From: Candidatus Cloacimonadales bacterium
Lineage (GTDB): Bacteria > Cloacimonadota > Cloacimonadia > Cloacimonadales > JAFGVF01
Direction: 5' to 3'
DNA: 64,000 nt
Assembly (NCBI GenBank): GCA_963662585.1
Contig: OY759729.1
Location: 2,144,001-2,208,000 of the forward strand
Part shown: positions 18,786 to 29,300 of the stretch, piece by piece
How positions within the stretch are numbered: position 1 is the stretch's first letter
How the letters are laid out: every line of letters starts with the position of its first letter
Program-made: the position numbers and the translations under genes
Notes under the pieces: model-generated
Databases searched by the model: none
The model's input: only the letters and a program-made list of their open reading frames with translations
Told to the model about the DNA's origin: nothing

Positions 18786-20095
18786 ATGAAATTTAACAGA
18801 ATATCAATACTAATTTTATTGCTACTAAGCCTACTTGTTTTGTCTAATTGTAATAAAGATAATAGTACAAAACCAAAACGAGTCTCTCCTCCTACTTTTT
18901 CTCAAGATGCTGGCCTTTATTAAGAAGTGATAGATGTGGATATTGAGTGCTCTACACTAGATTCCGAAATAAGATATACACTTGATGGAAGTAACCCTAC
19001 AGAATCATCACAGCTTTATTCATCTCCAATTAATATCAGTGAAAGCACTTCGATAAAAGCAAGGGCTTACAAAGATAATTATTAAGCTAGTTTTGTTGCA
19101 GAAGCTATTTATCAGTTTGAAATATTAGTTGTTGCTACCCCATCTTTTAATCCTACTGCCGGAACTTATACTGAAACTCAAAATGTCACAATAAGCTGCG
19201 AAACAGAGAATGCTGAAATACGATATACTTTGGATGAAAGTGTACCGACAGAGTCATCTCTATTGTATTCAACCCCATTATCTATTAGCGAAAACACAAC
19301 ATTAAAAGCAATAGCTTATAAAGATGGATATCAGCCAAGTGAAGTATTTACTGCCTATTATGATTTTGATAATGGACAAGGTGAAATAATGGTTTTTATT
19401 CCTGGAAGTACTTTTACTATGGGAAGAACAACTGGAGATGGTAGTTCCAATGAGTTACCTCTTCATCAAGTAACATTGGATTCATTTCTTATTAGTAAAT
19501 TTGAAGTTACACAAGCAGAATATGAAGCTGTTATGGGAGCTAATCCATCAAGTAATCATGGAATTGGAGACATTTACCCTGTTAATAATGTAAGTTGGTT
19601 TTCAGCTCTTGAATACTGTAATACACTAAGTATAATGGAAGGACTTACTCCATGTTATAACTTAGAAGATTGGTCTTGTAATTTTGATGCCAATGGATAT
19701 CGACTTCCAACGGAAGCAGAATGGGAATATGCAGCAAGAGGTGGTGCTAATAATAGTGGATTATCTATTCTGGCTCAGATAATATCAGTGATGTAGCTTG
19801 GTGGGCAAATAACTCTGGGAACATAAGTCACCCTATAGCTGAGAAATCCCCTAATTTGTTAGGACTTTATGATATGTCAGGAAATGTTTGGGAATGGTGT
19901 TACGATTGGTATGGAGCTTATGGATCAGAATCTCAAGTTAATCCAACAGGCCCAGAAACAGGCTTCGGTCGAGTATATCGTGGTGGAAGTTGGTATAATA
20001 GTGCAACCAATTGTCGTGTCTTTAGAAGAGATTTTTATACTCCAACTACTGTAGGTATGAATGTTGGATTCAGAGTAGTAAGAAGTACTGAGTAA
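18786..20095 (+). pseudogene. Disrupted lipoprotein with two Fn3-associated/CHB_HEX_C-like repeats and an FGE-sulfatase (SUMF1) domain
   Basis: MKFNRISILILLLLSLLVLSNC lipobox; IRYTLDG repeats; RLPTEAEWEYAARG; GLYDMSGNVWEW; RGGSW; GFRVVR. In-frame TAA at 18921 and 19083, and a 1-nt frameshift near 19762. Confidence 0.88.
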
Positions 20096-20294
20096 ATTTT
20101 ACGAATAATAATTGATAAAAGCTATAATCTTCATTAAGGATTAATTTAATTTAAATGGATTCGGAGAGCTATTGAAAGCAAATACTCTGAGTCCCTTCTT
20201 CTATGAATTTTAACTAATTCAAAAAGGTTCTTCGGTATGGATTAATTTGTGGAGTCTAACAAATCTAAGAGTAAAAGTCATAATTTCCCTCTAA

Positions 20295-20543
20295 CTAACC
20301 TAAATTTGACCTATTCCTGATTAAATTATAGATAAATTCCAAAATTAAAGTTATGATTAAGGCAATGCCTATAGGTATCAGGTCAAATCTATATATACAG
20401 CCCTTAAAATATTTTACAGATAACAAAAATGAAGGAATTAAGGTAATGAAAAAAACAGCTATTCCAAACTTACTAATAGAAATTAAGTAGTAGATTACTT
20501 TCTTGACCGAATCAAGCCATATTCTAAAATTTCCATAAAACAT
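20295..20543 (-). CDS. Small two-TM membrane protein (tandem paralogue 3)
   Basis: Hydrophobic; ends EFIYNLIRNRSNLG like its neighbours. Confidence 0.75.
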   Translation of the reverse strand: MFYGNFRIWLDSVKKVIYYLISISKFGIAVFFITLIPSFLLSVKYFKGCIYRFDLIPIGIALIITLILEFIYNLIRNRSNLG

Positions 20544-20556
20544 AAGGACTTCCTAT

Positions 20557-20784
20557 CTAACCAAGATTAGACTTGTTTCTGATTAAATTATAGATGAATT
20601 CAAAGAGATAAGTAGCTGCAAAAGGGATTCCTAATAAGAGAAAAGGTAAATGGTAATAAAAGACTACTTTATAATTCCATAAGATTAAGATTGTTATTGC
20701 TAGAGATAAAAAGAAAACAACCTTGCCTAAACCGCTTATAGATGAAAAGAAACTATGGAAAATCTCGCGTATTTTAAAAAACAT
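20557..20784 (-). CDS. Small two-TM membrane protein (tandem paralogue 2)
   Basis: RBS GAGGAG; ends EFIYNLIRNKSNLG. Confidence 0.8.
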   Translation of the reverse strand: MFFKIREIFHSFFSSISGLGKVVFFLSLAITILILWNYKVVFYYHLPFLLLGIPFAATYLFEFIYNLIRNKSNLG

Positions 20785-20840
20785 AATTCACTCCTCTTAT
20801 TTTATATTCTACATAACTTTAATAATTATGCTAGATTTAG

Positions 20841-21068
20841 CTAACCAAGATTAGACTTGTTCCTAAATAAACCGTAGATTAGCTCAAAGAAGAAAGTTGC
20901 AATAAAAGATATTCCTAAAGCAATTATAACACTATAAAAATAAAATACATGAAAAAAGCTATCAACCTTAAAAAAAGCTATAATAAAGGTTAAAAAGAAT
21001 ATGATTTTCCCCAATCGGCTTACAGATGATAAAAATTCACCAGCTCCACTGCCATTTCTATGTAACAT
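20841..21068 (-). CDS. Small two-TM membrane protein (tandem paralogue 1)
   Basis: RBS AAGGAG; TTGACA upstream at 21124-21119; ends ELIYGLFRNKSNLG. Confidence 0.8.
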   Translation of the reverse strand: MLHRNGSGAGEFLSSVSRLGKIIFFLTFIIAFFKVDSFFHVFYFYSVIIALGISFIATFFFELIYGLFRNKSNLG

Positions 21069-21673
21069 AGTTTGCTCCTTTTATTATTAAATACAAAATA
21101 ACCTATAAGGATAAACAATGTCAAGGAAATAATAAAATAAAACTAAATATAGAATATCGAGAATCTTCAAATATCTTTTCAAAATTAAGCCACATTATCA
21201 TACTGCTTAGAAAAAGCCTGCTTAAATATTACTAACTTATTCTTCTTCTTTCAATGGGCAGTTAATGCTCTTTCATACTCATTTCAATATTTGTTTGAAA
21301 CTTATTAGAGATAAATAGTTGAGGAGCAGCGGAAGACAAGGGGATAAGTAGGGGATAATGCTATAAACTAGAATAGGGAAATAATGTATTAGCCAAAAGA
21401 ATCGTTATTCTGGAGATGAATAACTCAAGTTAAATGACTTCTCTTCTTGAAGATTGATTTCTTTCTTGTGCCTTTGTGCTTGACAGAAAAAATAAAGTAG
21501 AGTATTTTTGTGTATTGTAGCTTGTAGAAGTTATAACTTGTATTAAATATATATCTTGTGAATAAATGACTTACTAGTAGGTCATATAAAGGACATAAAG
21601 AAGAATAATTGAATATTAAACTAAACTAGGAGATTTACTTACAAGTAAAAAATCCTAATATAAAGGATGGAAA

Positions 21674-24600
21674 ATGCACAGCAAAATTAAAGTTCTTATT
21701 TTAAGTAGTATTATGCTTATGGCCGGCCTAATGCTCTCTGGAGCATATCTAAGTAACCAGCCAGTTCATCTAGTGCAAGCAGATGGCACAAAACTTGACT
21801 TATACGCAAGTGGTGATGAATATTACAATTGGTTACATGACAAAGAGGGTTATACGGTCAAAAAAAATGATCAAGGTTGGTATGTTTATTTAGAAAGTAC
21901 GGCAAACAATGAACTGATTTTTACAGATTATATTGTCGGGAAAGTTGATCCTAAAGACTTGGATTTAGTAGCTTGGGCTAATATCTCTCCCAAGGAAATA
22001 GGAGAGATTAGGCAAAAAGCTCAAAAGCAACTGAGAGAGATTGGAAGCGGTAGAGCACCAACATCAGGTCAAATAAATAATATAACAATTTTTATCCGTT
22101 TTTCAGACCAAACAGAATTTGGACAGAACATCTCAACATACAATTCTATGTTTAATGGAACAAGTGGAAACACTATGCAGTCTTACTTTCTAGAAGCTTC
22201 TTATAACACTCTAGATGTAGAGACTAACTTTTATCCTACTTCCTCGACAACAGTTGTCTCTTGGCAGGATTCTCATCCACGAGCATATTACACTCCTTAT
22301 AGTTCTTCCAATACAATCGGTTATAATGGCGACACTGAAAGTAAAGATAGAGAATTCGCTCTATTAGTAAATGCCGTCAATGGAGTGAGCTTCCAAATCC
22401 CCAGCAACCTAGTAGTTGATGGAGATTATGATGGTAAGGTGGATAATGTTTGCTTTATCATCAAAGGCGAGACTGAGGGTTGGTCAGACCTACTCTGGCC
22501 TCACAGATGGTCTATCTATGACAGATCTGTGTATATTAATAATAAAAGAGTGTATGATTTTAACTTTCAACTTTCTGAATCCCTAAGTAGTAGTGGCGTT
22601 GGAGTGCTCTGTCACGAAATGTTCCATTCCTTAGGAGCACCAGATCTTTATCATTATACTAGTGATGGTATTTCTCCTGTGGGATCTTGGGATTTGATGG
22701 AGAATAATGCCAATCCCCCTCAGCACATGGGTGCATATATGAAATACAAGTATGGTAACTGGATTTCAACTATACCGACCATATCTACTTCTGGGACATA
22801 CACCCTAAATCCTTTGACCTCTTCTACTGGACAATGCTATAGAATAAACTCTCCCAATTCATCTTCAGAGTACTTTGTGCTAGAATTTCGGAAGAAAACA
22901 GGAACTTTTGAAAGCAGTGTGCCAGGGAGCGGAATGTTGATTTATAGGATAAATCCTGCTTATGATGGAAATGCTGATGGACCTCCTGATGAAGTGTATC
23001 TTTTCAGACCGGGAGGTAGTCCAACTGCTAACGGAAGTGTTTATTCAGCTAATTTTAGTAGTCAAACTAATAGGACAAGTTTTGATGATACAAGTAATCC
23101 TTACGGATTTCTCTCTAATGGAAATCCTGCAGGTATATCAATTTCCATGATTGGAAGTTCAGCAACTAGTACGATATCTTTTCAATATAATTTAAGCACT
23201 ACTCCACTCGATTTGATGGCAGAAACTTCCGGATCTAGTGTAACATTGACCTGGCAGGCACCACTATCTGGTAATCCTTCTAGCTATAAAGTTTATAGGA
23301 ATGGATCATTTATTGGAAATTCTACTGAAAGGACTTATCATGATTCTGCTGTTAATGTAGGAACTACCTATAGTTATTTCGTGACAGCTATGTTAACAAA
23401 CCCTCTTGTAGAATCAGACCCTTCTAATACTGTGAATATCACAGTTAGTGACCAGATTACTGTAATAATTGCTAGTGATACTGACTCCAATAGCACAAGC
23501 GCAGCCTGTCCAATAAATATCTTTTATCAAAGTTTGCACGGGCAATCTGTCTATACTAAAGCTGAGCTAAATGCCCTTGGTGTGGTGGGTCCTATCAACA
23601 TAAGTCAGATCGGTTTCAATGTTACTGGGTTACCAGCTATGGCAATGCCTAACTATATTGTCCGCATGGGTCATACTACTGCTACTAATGCAGGTAGTTG
23701 GATATCTACAGGACTTAATACTGTTTGGTCATCAGCCTCTTATCAACCAACAAGTACTGGCTGGAATATGTTAACTCTCTCTACACCTTTCTTGTGGAAT
23801 GGAACTGACAACATTGTTATTGATACTGCTTATGGTTTAATAGGTGCGTATAATTCTTCAGGTACTACCCAAAACTCAACGATGACCAGTGGCTATCGTT
23901 ATAATCGTAGCGATTCTGTAGATCAGACAAATTTATTCACTGGTGGTAGTACTGCTGGCTATCGTCCCAATTTGAAACTTTCCCTTTTACCAAATCCGTC
24001 AGGACCTATGATTTCTGTAAATCCTGGAAGTCTGGCTTATGGAGAAGTGGCTGTGGGGTTAGGTAGCACTAAGCAATTTACTATCCAGAATACTGGTGAT
24101 TTGCCCCTCACAGGTACCATCACTACTCCAACAGGATACACTGTAGCACTGGCTGAATACCGTTCAGAGCAGAGGATAAGTAATCTTAACAAAGGGAGCC
24201 GTAACACACTTAGTTTTAGTGTCAATGCGGGACTCAATGAAATCTATAATCTCACTCTTACACCTACTGCCCTCACTTCTTATAATGGAAATGTGGTGAT
24301 AGTGAGTAATTCTGAGGACAATAGCAATTTCAACCTTACGGTTACAGGTCAAGGTTTTATAGCTCCAACAATTAATATAGACAATGATGCCCTCACTGCT
24401 AATTTGCCTGAGGGTAATGAAGATATGGATAGCTTCACAATAACTAACAGTGGAAGTCGATCCCTTACTTATGAAATTGGAGTTGCAGAGTTACGCAGAA
24501 GCAATTCACGAATGAAGGTAAATAATATTCAAATTGAGGGAAGTATTGCTGGAAGCACCTTAACCCTCGATGCAGTGGAATATACACCAGGAACTACCCA

Positions 24601-25393
24601 GGATTGGGTATTTACAGTTTATAATGCTAGTACTGATAGTGAATGGTTAAAAAATGTTATAATTACCTTCCCAACAGGAGTAACTGTAAATAGTGCTAGT
24701 AACTTTGTTGGTGGTAGTGGGGGAGATCTTCTTCCCACACCTACGAGTGGAAATGGTATTACTATTGACTGGTATGGAGTTACAACATCAAACTATGGAT
24801 TTATTCATGGAGGTGAATCTGCCACAGCTACGGTTAATATAAGTGTTTCTAACTCTTTTTGGGGAGATATATCATTACCTTTCGAAATTATAGGGGATGT
24901 GTGGGGTACTGACCCTCATAATATCTCAGGCACTTTGACAGTTGAAGAGGGCATAGCTCCAGTTACCTGGTTTAGTGCTCAACCTCTCAGCGGAACAATA
25001 CTAGCTGGTCAAAGTCAGCTTATTACTGGTAATTTCTCAGCTATAGATATGCCTGTGGGACAATATCAAGCAATGCTTACTATTTATACCAATGATCCTC
25101 TTAATCCAACCACGGAAGTAACTGTTGTCATGGATGTGACCGAACTTATAAGTTTTCTCGATCCACCTATCATTACTTCTATTGAAAACACACCTATGGG
25201 AATTAAAATCCAGTGGTCTCCTGTGGAAAATGCTAGATCATATCAAGTATATCGAAACTTTGATCCTGATGGAGAATTCACAGAACATCGAGCTACTACA
25301 TCTTTGACTGAGTTTGTTGATCCTGATTCTGAAAACTATCCTAACTCTTTCTATAAAATTGTAGGTTCGGACGCAGAATACGAAACAAAATAA
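21674..25393 (+). CDS. Secreted M6-family (immune inhibitor A-like) metalloprotease with Fn3/Ig-like domains
   Basis: Signal peptide; SGDEYYNWLHD prodomain; LWPHRW; CHEMFHSLGAPDLY; WDLM; EYFVLEFR. Confidence 0.9.
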   Translation: MHSKIKVLILSSIMLMAGLMLSGAYLSNQPVHLVQADGTKLDLYASGDEYYNWLHDKEGYTVKKNDQGWYVYLESTANNELIFTDYIVGKVDPKDLDLVAWANISPKEIGEIRQKAQKQLREIGSGRAPTSGQINNITIFIRFSDQTEFGQNISTYNSMFNGTSGNTMQSYFLEASYNTLDVETNFYPTSSTTVVSWQDSHPRAYYTPYSSSNTIGYNGDTESKDREFALLVNAVNGVSFQIPSNLVVDGDYDGKVDNVCFIIKGETEGWSDLLWPHRWSIYDRSVYINNKRVYDFNFQLSESLSSSGVGVLCHEMFHSLGAPDLYHYTSDGISPVGSWDLMENNANPPQHMGAYMKYKYGNWISTIPTISTSGTYTLNPLTSSTGQCYRINSPNSSSEYFVLEFRKKTGTFESSVPGSGMLIYRINPAYDGNADGPPDEVYLFRPGGSPTANGSVYSANFSSQTNRTSFDDTSNPYGFLSNGNPAGISISMIGSSATSTISFQYNLSTTPLDLMAETSGSSVTLTWQAPLSGNPSSYKVYRNGSFIGNSTERTYHDSAVNVGTTYSYFVTAMLTNPLVESDPSNTVNITVSDQITVIIASDTDSNSTSAACPINIFYQSLHGQSVYTKAELNALGVVGPINISQIGFNVTGLPAMAMPNYIVRMGHTTATNAGSWISTGLNTVWSSASYQPTSTGWNMLTLSTPFLWNGTDNIVIDTAYGLIGAYNSSGTTQNSTMTSGYRYNRSDSVDQTNLFTGGSTAGYRPNLKLSLLPNPSGPMISVNPGSLAYGEVAVGLGSTKQFTIQNTGDLPLTGTITTPTGYTVALAEYRSEQRISNLNKGSRNTLSFSVNAGLNEIYNLTLTPTALTSYNGNVVIVSNSEDNSNFNLTVTGQGFIAPTINIDNDALTANLPEGNEDMDSFTITNSGSRSLTYEIGVAELRRSNSRMKVNNIQIEGSIAGSTLTLDAVEYTPGTTQDWVFTVYNASTDSEWLKNVIITFPTGVTVNSASNFVGGSGGDLLPTPTSGNGITIDWYGVTTSNYGFIHGGESATATVNISVSNSFWGDISLPFEIIGDVWGTDPHNISGTLTVEEGIAPVTWFSAQPLSGTILAGQSQLITGNFSAIDMPVGQYQAMLTIYTNDPLNPTTEVTVVMDVTELISFLDPPIITSIENTPMGIKIQWSPVENARSYQVYRNFDPDGEFTEHRATTSLTEFVDPDSENYPNSFYKIVGSDAEYETK

Positions 25394-25415
25394 TTAATAA
25401 CAGTAGAAAGTTAAG

Positions 25416-25448
25416 TAAGCCTGGTTTCCTAACTGGGCTTATTTTTTT
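25416..25448 (+). terminator. Rho-independent terminator
   Basis: TAAGCCTGGTT...AACTGGGCTTA followed by a T-tract. Confidence 0.65.
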
Positions 25449-25555
25449 ATTCTTAATTGTAAGTGATTTTTTTAACTAACTCAAAGGATAGATTTATAAG
25501 CAATTAAAAAAACATATTGACGAAAATTTTATCTTAAATAACTCTGATTTTATAT

Positions 25556-26332
25556 ATGAAAAATAGAATAATTGTTATTGATATCGGAAATACAAACTTA
25601 GTTATTGGTGTTTATGATGAAGACCAATTACTCTCTTCTTGGCGGATTCATACTGATAAGAATCGTACGGAAGATGAGTATTTTGTCGTTATGTCATCAC
25701 TGCTTTTATCAATAAGGGAGGAGATAGAGAATATTGCTATAGCTGTTTTATCATCAGTGGTTCCGCAGTTGAATAGAGTGATCAGAAAGATGTTCGAGAA
25801 GTATTTTAACTGCAGATTTGTTCAAGTAAATTCTGAAATGGATTTGAATCTTAAGTTTTTAGTTCCAGAGTATAGTCATGTAGGGGCAGACCTTTTGGTC
25901 AATGCCTACAGCTCAATCAATAAATATAAGACTAATACAATAGTCTGTGATTTAGGAACTGCTACAACGATTCAATTAACAGGTAAAGACGGCACTTTTT
26001 ATGGTGCTTCAATAATTCCGGGTGTAAAAAGCTCTTCAAATCTTCTGTTTGAAAAAGCTTCTCAATTGGCTGATATTAAACTGGAAAAACCCAGCAAAAT
26101 ATTAGGATTGACTACAAAAGATGCTTTATTATCAGGAATTATTAATGGTCATGCCTTTATTTTAGATGGATTTATTCGCAAGATAAAAGAGGAATATAAT
26201 CTACAAGAGTACAAAACTATAGCCACCGGAGGTATTGCAAGATTGATTTGTAGCTGTTCTCAAGAAGTAGAGATTATTGATGATTCATTAATCTTGGATG
26301 GATTGTACCTTATTGCTAAAAATATAAAATAA
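25556..26332 (+). CDS. coaX: Type III pantothenate kinase
   Basis: IDIGNTN, SSVVP, VGAD, DLGTATT, ATGG motifs. Confidence 0.93.
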   Translation: MKNRIIVIDIGNTNLVIGVYDEDQLLSSWRIHTDKNRTEDEYFVVMSSLLLSIREEIENIAIAVLSSVVPQLNRVIRKMFEKYFNCRFVQVNSEMDLNLKFLVPEYSHVGADLLVNAYSSINKYKTNTIVCDLGTATTIQLTGKDGTFYGASIIPGVKSSSNLLFEKASQLADIKLEKPSKILGLTTKDALLSGIINGHAFILDGFIRKIKEEYNLQEYKTIATGGIARLICSCSQEVEIIDDSLILDGLYLIAKNIK

Positions 26333-26338
26333 TTAGGA

Positions 26339-29300
26339 TTGTTATTAATGGTAAAAACAAATAGAACAATAATTCTGTTCATATTGCTGGTTTGTAGCCT
26401 AAATTTAGTCGCAAGTGAATATAAATTGGGTGATTTTAAGAGCTTTTATGGCAATAAAATAGACTATTATAATCTTGGAGCAAAGCAGTTTCAAGAAAAC
26501 ATCTATTTTAGTAGTAGATTTCCAACCACTGAAGAAGAGATTGATTTCGTTAATCAGCGAGTTGGCATTATTACTAAATACAACTCAGTTCAAGCATATC
26601 CCAAAATCTATATATCTTTAGACAAATATTTTGACAATCTTTTTGCTTACTCATTTGATAAAATATTATATCAAAAAACTATGGCCTTCTTCCAAGAAGA
26701 AGAGAGAGAAGAATCAGGTGGATTGATTCCTGATTTAGTTTTTGATTTACCTAAGTTTGCCCGTTCTAAAACTGTAAAAAGAATTTTTGGAGATAAGGCA
26801 GGTAGATTGAGTTTCTTTGGTAGTGAAAGACTTACTATCTCTGCAACTAGTACTAAGAATGATAATATTGCCTTATCTGAAGGCAGTAATGCTTCTACTT
26901 TGACTCCTAAAATGGAGCAAAAACTTAATATGCAATTAAAAGGTACAATTGGTGAAAAAATCCATGTGGACCTAAAATACAACTCCGATCAAGAAGAGAC
27001 TTTCTTTGACCCTAATAACATTAATATCAGCTATAAAGGTTTTGATGATGAAATTATTCAATCAATTGAAGCAGGAGATATATCTTTAGACTTATCAGGT
27101 TCTTCTCAGTATGTGGGAAGTATCTCTTCTTCACAAGGCCTATTTGGTATTAGATCTGACTTAAAAGTTGGTGCTTTAGAATTAACTGCCATTATTAGTC
27201 AGGAAGAGGGAAAGAAGAATAAAATGACCTTTGAATCTAAGGCTCAAGCTGATTCATCAGTAGTTAATTCTCGTGATTATAGCAAAAGAGATCGCTATTA
27301 TCTAATAAATCCTTATGCACTGTTTGCTTTATACCAAGAGGGTGATACAATCCCAGGAACGACTACTCCTGTTCCTCAAGGTTGGTTAAATAATGCGATT
27401 AAATTAGATAGTAATGGTTCCATGCTAATCGTGGATGAACAAAAGTTGCCTGCAAATGGTAGCCTATTAGTCTATCTTGATGATATGAATGCAACTAATA
27501 ATACAGCAACAATACCAGGTTTTGAAGATGTGCAATCAAGTAGTCCTTTCACTCCTCAATTTGATATTCTCGAGGAGGGAGTAGATTATTTTTATGATTA
27601 TGATTCCGGTATTTTAACCTTAAATAAAACCATAAACCGTAACTATACTTTAGGTGTTAAATATACTCAAAGAGATGGTGTTGCCATTCCTAGGAATGAT
27701 CAATCCAATGATGAACAGGTGCAGGTTAAGTATATCAGAGTAAGCAATCAAGAATTTGACCCAACAATAAATCCTAACCAAGCAAATTTTGAAAATATTG
27801 ATGAAGATGGCGATAATTTACCTGATAATAGATTTTATACTTGGCACTATCAATTAAGAAATATATATAGTTTAAATTCTCGTAACATCAATAACGAAGA
27901 GTTTTCATTAAGAGTATTCACTAATGATACTGCTGATAATACTTATGATTATTATGTTCCTGAAAATATAGATAATGCTGGTTTTGCAACCCTAAATGAA
28001 TATTTACGCTTAGATACTAATGGAGATGGTAAAGTAGATGGAAGTGATTCCTCTGTAAATCTCACAAATGGTTTGATTCTTTATCCTTGGTTAGAACCAT
28101 TCAAACCTCTAGGAGACACTCTTCTTTATCAAAAAGAGAATGAGAATATCTCCTCTACTGATTATCGTTACAAGATGATTGTGAAAGGAAAAATTGGGAC
28201 TGATGAAATAACTTTAGGACAATCAAATATTCTAAGAAATAGTGTTACTGTAAGGGTTAATGGAACTTTGCAAAATGAGAATATAGATTATTTAGTTGAT
28301 TATGATTTCGGTAGAATCACTTTCTTAACAGCAGCAGGTAAAGATCCTAATGCTAAAATTGAGATTGATTATGAATTTAAATCTGGCTTTGGCCTTGATA
28401 AGCGACAGCTTTTTGGTATTAGAGCAGATTATAAAGGCTTTGATAATTTTAATATTGGTGCTACAGTTATTTATCGTTCTGAGACTGTTCAAGATAAGCG
28501 ACCGAAGATCGGAGAAGAGAATATGGAGCTATTCCTTGCCGATATTGATGGATCTTTTGAAGTAAAACCAAGATTTATGACAGATATGGTAGATTGGCTT
28601 CCTCTTATTGAAACAGATACTGATTCTAATTTTAAAGTCTCTGGAGAAGTAGCTTTTTCTGCTCCAAACATTTATGGTAATCCTGATGGCAAGAAAAAAG
28701 AAGCTTACATTGATGACATGGAAGGGATTCTAGATCAATACCCCTTAGGGATTACAAGAAAAACTTGGTCTTTTGCTTCCCAACCTGTAAATACTCTTTT
28801 AGCAAAGGCCCACACATATTGGTTTAATCCTGAAAATGTTAAACGCCGGGATGTCTATGATCCTGCGACAATGGATGATGAGGAAGAGAAAGAAGATATT
28901 AGTGTTCTTGCCTTAAAAATAGTCAAACCTGAACTTAACCAACCTGAAACGACTAATAGAAGTTGGGGTGGTATCATGAAATATATAGGTAATCAAATTG
29001 ACTTCTCAGAGAAGAAATATATTGAAATTTTAGTTAAAGTTGATACTACTTACGGGAATGGCGAAGCCAATATTAATTTGAAATTAGATTTAGGTGATGT
29101 AAGTGAAGATTTCTACACCCTAAATGGTGGAGATAATTTCCTCAATACTGAAGATGGTATCAGTGATGGAATTATTGATGGTATCTTAGATGTCAGAACA
29201 GAAGATGTTGGATTCGATGGGGTTAAGAATGGTTTACCTGGAGATGATCCTTATGATAACTTTGATGATAATAAAAATAGTGATGGCGATTATCTCTTTA

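Noticed and set aside
18921..19085. Stop-codon reassignment or readthrough (two in-frame TAA here; TAG in the transposase)
   Set aside because: TAA and TAG terminate many conserved genes normally in this window, and the same gene also has a frameshift, so decay is simpler
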